NCBI RefSeq assembly: GCF_009914755.1
Contig: NC_060941.1
Source of the DNA: the human T2T-CHM13v2.0 reference genome, Homo sapiens
DNA: 64,000 nucleotides
Strand: one strand, 5' to 3'
This document shows positions 49,810 through 64,000 of the stretch, one piece after another (the stretch's first letter is position 1; every line of letters starts with the position of its first letter). The position numbers and the translations under genes are program-made. Below the pieces are notes generated by a model. It was not told where the DNA came from. It made no database searches and was given only the letters and a program-made list of their open reading frames with translations.

Positions 49810-50983
49810 CTTGCTTATTATTCCATCGGTGAGAAAACACCTGACAGAGCTTAAATGTTTACTAACTGTGGCTGTGAATCTCTAACCCCTGGGGAATTGA
49901 TCAAAGACCATGAACTATGGCCAAAAGATGATGGAGGGGATGTGAAGGTCAGCTGACTTAAGTCCCTTCCCCCGTGCATTTGGCCTTGAGTACTTCATCA
50001 TTCTTTCTTAACTTCATTCGTTATTCATTCTTTCAGCAAACTCTTCTTGAGCACTACACAATGTGCGGTGCCAGGTGCTGGAGAAACACCTGAGAACATG
50101 CAAAGCAGTCCGCCCTCATGGAAGTGACTAACAAATCATTCACAAGGTGTGATGAGGCATATTTGGAGGGGCAGAGAAGCCACTTGAGCATCACATATGG
50201 GCAGCGACTTGACCTTGTTGAGTGTCATGGAAGGCTTACAGTGGCCTGAGAATGGGTCGTCTAGCCGACAGGGTGGAAGAACCACATGTGCAAAGTTCCA
50301 GAGCTGAGGAGTGTATCCAGAAAGTGGCTGGAAGAAGGACTGACCGGCAGGAATGCAGAGGGTGATGGAGAGAGGAGGTGAGGCAGAGCTGGAGAGAGAA
50401 GGGGGCTGAGCCAGACAGAGCCTCCAATGCTGGGTGGATCTGCAAAGTTAAGGCATCTGCTCATGCTCTGGGGCAACAGGGGGCCACTGCCTGTCCTGGG
50501 AGGAGACAGAGCACATTCTGCTCCTTAGTAGAGCCCACTGTATGACTGGGCAGCTCTGCTAGCTGGAAAGTTCATTCTGAGATGAAATTGATGCCTCCCC
50601 TGCCCACAGGCTCCTGAGGCATACACACAGATGGAGGTGCTTCCCTGCCCCCAGCACAGCCCCTCACCCTATAACAGCCTCACTGGCTGTTCCCTGGCAG
50701 AGGCCCTCACACAGGGTAGGCAGGAGGGCACGCTGGATGTGAATCCCAGCTCAAGCCCTTACCGGCTGTGTTGTCTGTCTCTTACTTAACCTCTCTGAAC
50801 TTCCATTTTCTCCTCTGACTTCAGGGCTGCACATGTAAGAGGGATAGTGTTGGGAAGTGCTTAGTACACATTAGGTACTCAGTGGTGATAACAGAGGTGG
50901 TGACAATGACATGGTTTATCCCCAGCTGACCTTTTCCAGAAAAGATCCTATCAGTCAGTGTTCTGCATTTTAAAATGTGCCAC

Positions 50984-51296
50984 CAGGATGGGGCACGGCA
51001 GCTTGAGCCTGTAATCCTGGCACTTTGGGAGACTGAGGCTGTAGGATCGCTAGAGCCTAGGAGTTTGAGACCAGCCTGGGCAACATAGGGAGACCGCCCC
51101 CACCGCCCACCTTTACAAAAAAATTAAAAATTAGCCGGTCATGGTGGCATGCATCTGTAGGCTCAGCTACTCAGGAGGCTGATGCAGGAGGATCACTTGA
51201 GCCCAGGAGGTCAAGGCTGCAGTGAACCATGACTGAGCCACTGCAATCCAGCCAGGGCAACAGAGCAAGATGCTATCTCAAAAAAAAAAAAAAAAG
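50984..51296 (+). mobile_element. Alu (J-like)
   Basis: Diverged Alu; TSD aaaatgtgc/aaaagtgc-like. Confidence 0.85.
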
Positions 51297-52509
51297 TGCT
51301 ATTAAGAGCTGAACTCTGTTCTGGGGGGAGTAGCCTTTCCTTCCCTTCTCTGAGCCTCAGTTTCCCTATATATAAAAGAAAGGAATCAGATAAGATGGCC
51401 TGAAAGGCTGCCACCAGTTCTAATGCTCTCAGGTCCTGCTCTCTGACCTACCCAGGACACATGGAACCATCATCACCTCCTTGATCCAGGCACTCTACTC
51501 CTCATAATGGAACCAAGATGGTCTTCACTTTATTTTTTTTTTCCCATTGTCCCTGTCCTTACTGCCCTCTGTGTTATGCCAACCTCCTCTGAGTTAACTG
51601 AGGCTCAGAGGCTCAAGCAGTCTTTGCCACCCTCTCCCCACTGTCCCCCCCACCCCTCACTCTCCCACCAGACTGTCTGCTCCATCCCCGTCCCAACTGC
51701 TCCCACCTGGACTCCCTGCTGCCCTTGGTTCCTACCCCACCCCTCTGTCCACTCCCCCACTCACATACCTGGCCCTCCTTCCCCCATGCAGCCCATCTAC
51801 CTTCACAGGGAGGCAGCAAGACACCCCCGCCGGCCTAGGAGGGTCGAGATCCTAGGACTCTACTTTTTCCAGTCCTGGTATTTGCCTACACGCCCCAGCC
51901 TCCCACCCCCAGCGCCCCCCCCCAACACACACACACCCACACACACACACACGCACGCACGCACGCAATTATAACCCCCTTAGGGACAGCCGTTGTGTCT
52001 GCTGTAGTTTAGCCTTGGATTCATCATGGCTTCGACATCGCCGGCCCTGGGCCAGTGTTCGAGAGCATGGCCCCAAACAGTTCTTGCTCTGTTCAGCTCC
52101 CCACATTGCCAAGCTGCGAGCGGGCTCTCTGTGCTTCCTGCCTTCTGTCTGCCTCGCCTGTTCTCTCCAGGTAGGCGGCTCCTCCTCCAAGCTCCCCCAG
52201 CCCTGGGCTGACCTCTGTCACCTGGATGGTGGGTGCGGGTTCTCCGGGCATGCACCTCGTTCCCCTCTTTACTCCCAGCAGTGGCTGAAACTTGTGGGTG
52301 CTTGATCGTGCTAGTTAAATGAATGAACATGTGGTGGTTACAGGCAAACCCACAATGCCACACAGGACACCGACCAACAACTGAAAACGGTGACAGCTGC
52401 CCTTACCCGCAGCTCCCCAGCGTAGCCCTCCCCCATCGCAGCCAGACCGGCTTGCCCACTGCGCAGCAAGGCGGAGCCCCGCACAGCTAAGCCCGGGCGT
52501 GGTGCTCGC

Positions 52510-52527
52510 GGCGCCCTCTGCTGGCCG
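52510..52527 (-). promoter_or_regulatory. CTCF consensus motif within a small CpG island (~52380-52630)
   Basis: Minus strand CGGCCAGCAGAGGGCGCC; dense CpG surroundings. Confidence 0.75.
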
Positions 52528-55500
52528 GGCCCACGGCCTCCTCCTGCGCACGCGCGCCGCCACCCCGGGACCAGACCTAAAGGGAGAAGGCGCGATCTGG
52601 GGCCCTCCCTCCGCACCCCCTCGCCCCGAGAAGCCCCAAACCCAGGTCTTTGACCCTCATGAACATCCTTTGTCCTTCCTCTCTCCTGCTCCCCCTGCAA
52701 ACATTTTAGGCATCCCTAAATGATCACCAGCCCTCGCCTGCTCTCTTAGCAGGCCTCCAGGTGGGGTTAGAATTGTCAAATGCTGGCACAGGACGAAACC
52801 CTAATAATAATAACTATGATGATGACGGCAGCTGCTGCTGAGCGGGCACTTTGTGGTTACCTTAGCAACCTTCCACCATCCAGGAAGTGCAGCCCCTTCT
52901 TTCACAGGCGGCAGCTGCAGCCAGAGGCGTGCGGGGACTTCCCAAGGTCACACAGCAAGAATCCTAAGAAACCCGGGGTGTTTCCTCTGCCTACGTGGAG
53001 CTAACCCTGCCTCCAGAAGCAGGGGCCTTGAGATGGGAGCAGAGCGATCTGGTGCCCCGGAAACCCCACCCCCACCCCCACCTTGCCCCATGCGCAGCGA
53101 ACGTGGCTACATTTCCTATCGTTTGTCCAACCCATCATTTTGCCTTTGGGAAAATTGCAGGGGAGGTGGAGGCCAGAGGACAGGGAGACAAACGTTCGTG
53201 GGCATCTGCCACGAGCACATTTGCCACGCTTTGTGACAGGCCCTTTCCCGTTACACACCACACCTGCCCAGGACCGCAGCACAGAACCAGGACCCAAACC
53301 CGCCGACTCCCTCCCTAGTGCTCCTTCCTCACCCCCCACCCCCTCCCCCCTCCGCAAGTTCTCTCTTGGAAAAGGGGCCGCTGGGAAGGGGAGGAAACGC
53401 ACTCACTACAGGACTCCAGGTGGGGTCCAGAGGCTCTGCCCCTGGTGCCTCTTCCCCAGCCCTAAAGCCCCCAGCCCTAGAGAGGGGACCCTCCTGCACA
53501 ACATCTCCAGGGGACCGGGTACTCCACTAGGGTCGAGAAACGTTGAATAGTGCGGTGGGTGCGGGAGGCGCGCCTAGGTGCCGAAACCCGGTCTGTGCTG
53601 CCATCCTGTGGCCATTGCAGGAAGTGTGCCTGTCAGGCCGCTCTGCATTGAACCTGAAATGCCGGGTCACCCTTGGGTTGAGTGAAACCGGGCCCCATGC
53701 TGAGGCTACAAGGGACATAGAAAGGGACAAGACGCAGCCCGTGCCCTGAAAGAGCTTACAGTTCGGTAGGATGGCCTTCAAATGACATGATCCAACACTC
53801 AACTCGGCGCCAGATACCGCCCAAAATAGAAGATCGTGCAAAAGGTTCCAAAAGGTGGAGGCAGCCTGCCCCGAAGCACATCGAGAAAGCCCTCCTGCAG
53901 CAAAGCCGTGTCGAGACTGGGCCTTACAGGGCAGGCGGGGCTGGGGCAAACAGAGATGAAGGAAGGCGCTCCAGGCGGAGAGACCAGCCTGAGCAAAGGC
54001 ACAGGGGCAGGAAACACGGATTCTCAGGAATCCAGCTTGTCCCAAGTCTAGGTCAACTGTGAAGGGGAGAGCAGCATGGCCAGGTCCTCCAGTGCCCAGG
54101 TAGGAGGTTTCACTTAACCCTTTAGGCCACGCGGCCAACAAAGGTCTTTGAGCAAGCCAGCAGCTTGACCAGAAGTCTGTCCAGGAAAAGAGCATGATAG
54201 CTGGGGAACGGGGGCAAATGGGTGAGGTTTCAGAGCAATTAGGAAGGAAGGAGAACAGGAGGAGGCATGAGCGACGCGGATGGTGGTGCCACTGGCAGAG
54301 CTGGGAAGTCAGGGGCCACGCAGGGGAGACCAGGGCTGGGGTTTAAGTTCCTGGCAGAACATCCCAGTGAAGACGTCCTTCAGGAAGCCAGAAAGAATAC
54401 ATTAATAAAAGAGGAAGTAATAGTTATTGCTCATATGTGTACAGACTTTATAGTAAATAAAGCAGCTTAATCCATCATGCATTTGACTCATATTTTATTT
54501 ATTTATCTTTTTTTTTTCTTTTTGAGATGGATAAACCCCACCCCCTTGCCCACCCTCGTGGTCTGGCCCCTGTGCACTGCTCCGGCCCCTCCCCTTCCCA
54601 GTGTCTTATGATGGCCTCTGGGCCTTTCTAGTCAGCTTGGGCCCACGTCTTCCCTTTGCCTGGCTGAGCTTCACTTACCCTGTGGTCTTAGCTTAGTGGT
54701 TCCTTTTTCCAGGAATCCTTCCTATACCTTGCAGGTTGGGTTGGGTGCCGTAGCTGTGATGCCCCTGCCCCGTACACCCTTGACATTTGCCCATCATGGC
54801 CTGTATGGTGCGTGACTGTGGTCTGTCTCCCCACCAACTTTACTTCAGTGTGGCGGCTGGGTCTTATTGACCACTCACCCCAGTGGCCTGCTCAGTATCA
54901 GTCAATGAACATTTCTTGAATGGAAGACCTGAGTGAGGAATGTGAAGCCCTGCGGGACCTGCTGGCACAGCGCAGCAGCCGAAGCGGGGGCAGACAGAGG
55001 CATCCGGGAGGGCCAGAGCTGGTCTCTGAAGGCTGGTCTCGAACTCCTGACCTCATATGATCCACACACCTCAGCCTCCCAAAGTGCTGGGATTACAGGT
55101 GTGAGCCACCACACCCAGCCTGGAAAGTTTATTTATTCAGGTCTGTTGCAGCCTCACTTCCCAGTCTGTGAAGATAAGAGCTAATTTCTCATCCAGAGAA
55201 GGGACCTCCGAGAGGAATCTTTATGGCTTACTGCATACAGGAAAAGACAGGTCAGCTCGCCCTTTCTAAAACTACAATTTCTCCAATATTTACAGCTCAA
55301 AATAATCACTATGCCAATTTGGCATATTTGGGGATGGCACGTTCTTCACTCCGTTGGGGGACTTCAGTGAATACGGTGTTAGATTGCAGTGAGGGAGACA
55401 GATATTAACTAACAGCCAAAATAAATAAGTAAATTACAGGGTGTAGGAGATGATGTCCTGGAGGGAAATGAGCAGTAATGCAGAAAAAGGGAGAGGAGGA

Positions 55501-55539
55501 AGACTGCGGGGAGGGGTACAATTCAAAATAGGGAGGTCA

Positions 55540-55891
<352 letters not shown>

Positions 55892-56476
55892 TTAGACTTT
55901 GAGAAAGAAAGCCATGGAGATATCTAGAGGGAAGCTTCCAGACCCCAAGGTGGGAGCATTTCTGACATGCTCTAGGCCCAGCTGGGGGCTGGTGTGGCTG
56001 GAGTGGGGACGGAAGGCCAAGTAGTTGAGATGAGATGAGCAGAGTCACAGGCACTGGATCACAGGGGGCCTCCTAGAATGTGGTGGAGACTGTGGCTGCT
56101 GTGTCGAATGAAGGTGCCAGGGAGCAGGGACAGGAGTGAGACCCACTGGGAGATGAGGAAACTACTCCAATAGTCCAGGCGAGAGAGGATGGTGGCTCAG
56201 ATCAGAGTGGAGCAAAGGAACCCTACACTGAACTGTAGGCTTGAAAATGATGTACAGGTGGCAAGAAGCAACGAGACACTGGAGCTAACACGCAGGGAAA
56301 GCCCCCAGACGTCCCAACAAACTGTAGTGGGCGGAGGAGTCAAGAATGCTATTACTGAGAGGATAGAGCTGCCATGAACAATGGGAAGGTTGTGGGCAGG
56401 AGCTGTTCAGTGGCAGGAGATTAGAGGTTCAGTCTGAGTCATATTGAGTTTGAGATGTTTATTAAACATCAGTGGG

Positions 56477-57073
<597 letters not shown>

Positions 57074-57332
57074 TGAGCTGCTGTGATTCTAACACCCCCT
57101 CTGGGGAGAGATCTGGAAATATAAACCCATGAGAGCTGAATTGAACTAACGTGCAACTTTAGGAATCTTTTTTTTTTTTTTTTGAGACAGAGTCTCCCTC
57201 TGTCACCAGGCTGGAGTGCAGTGAGAGAGCACAATCACAGCTCACTGCAGCCTCGACCTCCCAGGCTCAGGGGATCCTCCCACCTCAGCCTCCCAAGTAT
57301 CTGGGACCACAGGCATGTGCCACCATATCCAG

Positions 57333-58357
<1,025 letters not shown>

Positions 58358-58394
58358 GCCGGGCACGGTGGCTCATCTTCTTCATTTATCACAT

Positions 58395-64000
<5,606 letters not shown>

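Overview
Primate (almost certainly human) genomic DNA from the distal end of the type I keratin cluster, consistent with 17q21.2; the chromosomal position is recalled, not searched. It holds one intact gene, KRT17 (minus strand, 8 coding exons summing to 1299 nt = 432 aa + stop, all introns GT-AG), and directly upstream the decayed keratin pseudogene KRT42P. All 8 KRT42P exons are traceable, with frameshifts, a premature stop, a deletion at intron 2/exon 3, and exon 1 cut off by a ~2.4 kb TG-rich array. The other ~43 kb is intergenic and dense in Alu, LTR, L1 and DNA-transposon remnants. The most notable unexplained signal is at 43292-44285: an intronless, frameshifted Ly6/uPAR (three-finger, GPI-anchored) retrocopy resembling Ly6a/Sca-1 and LY6S. 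It retains a signal peptide, all ten LU-domain cysteines across two frames, a GPI tail, AATAAA and an oligo-A remnant. Also noted: co-oriented CTCF motifs that may bound the keratin domain, and direct plus inverted duplicated blocks downstream of KRT17. Repeat subfamily calls and boundaries are by eye and approximate.
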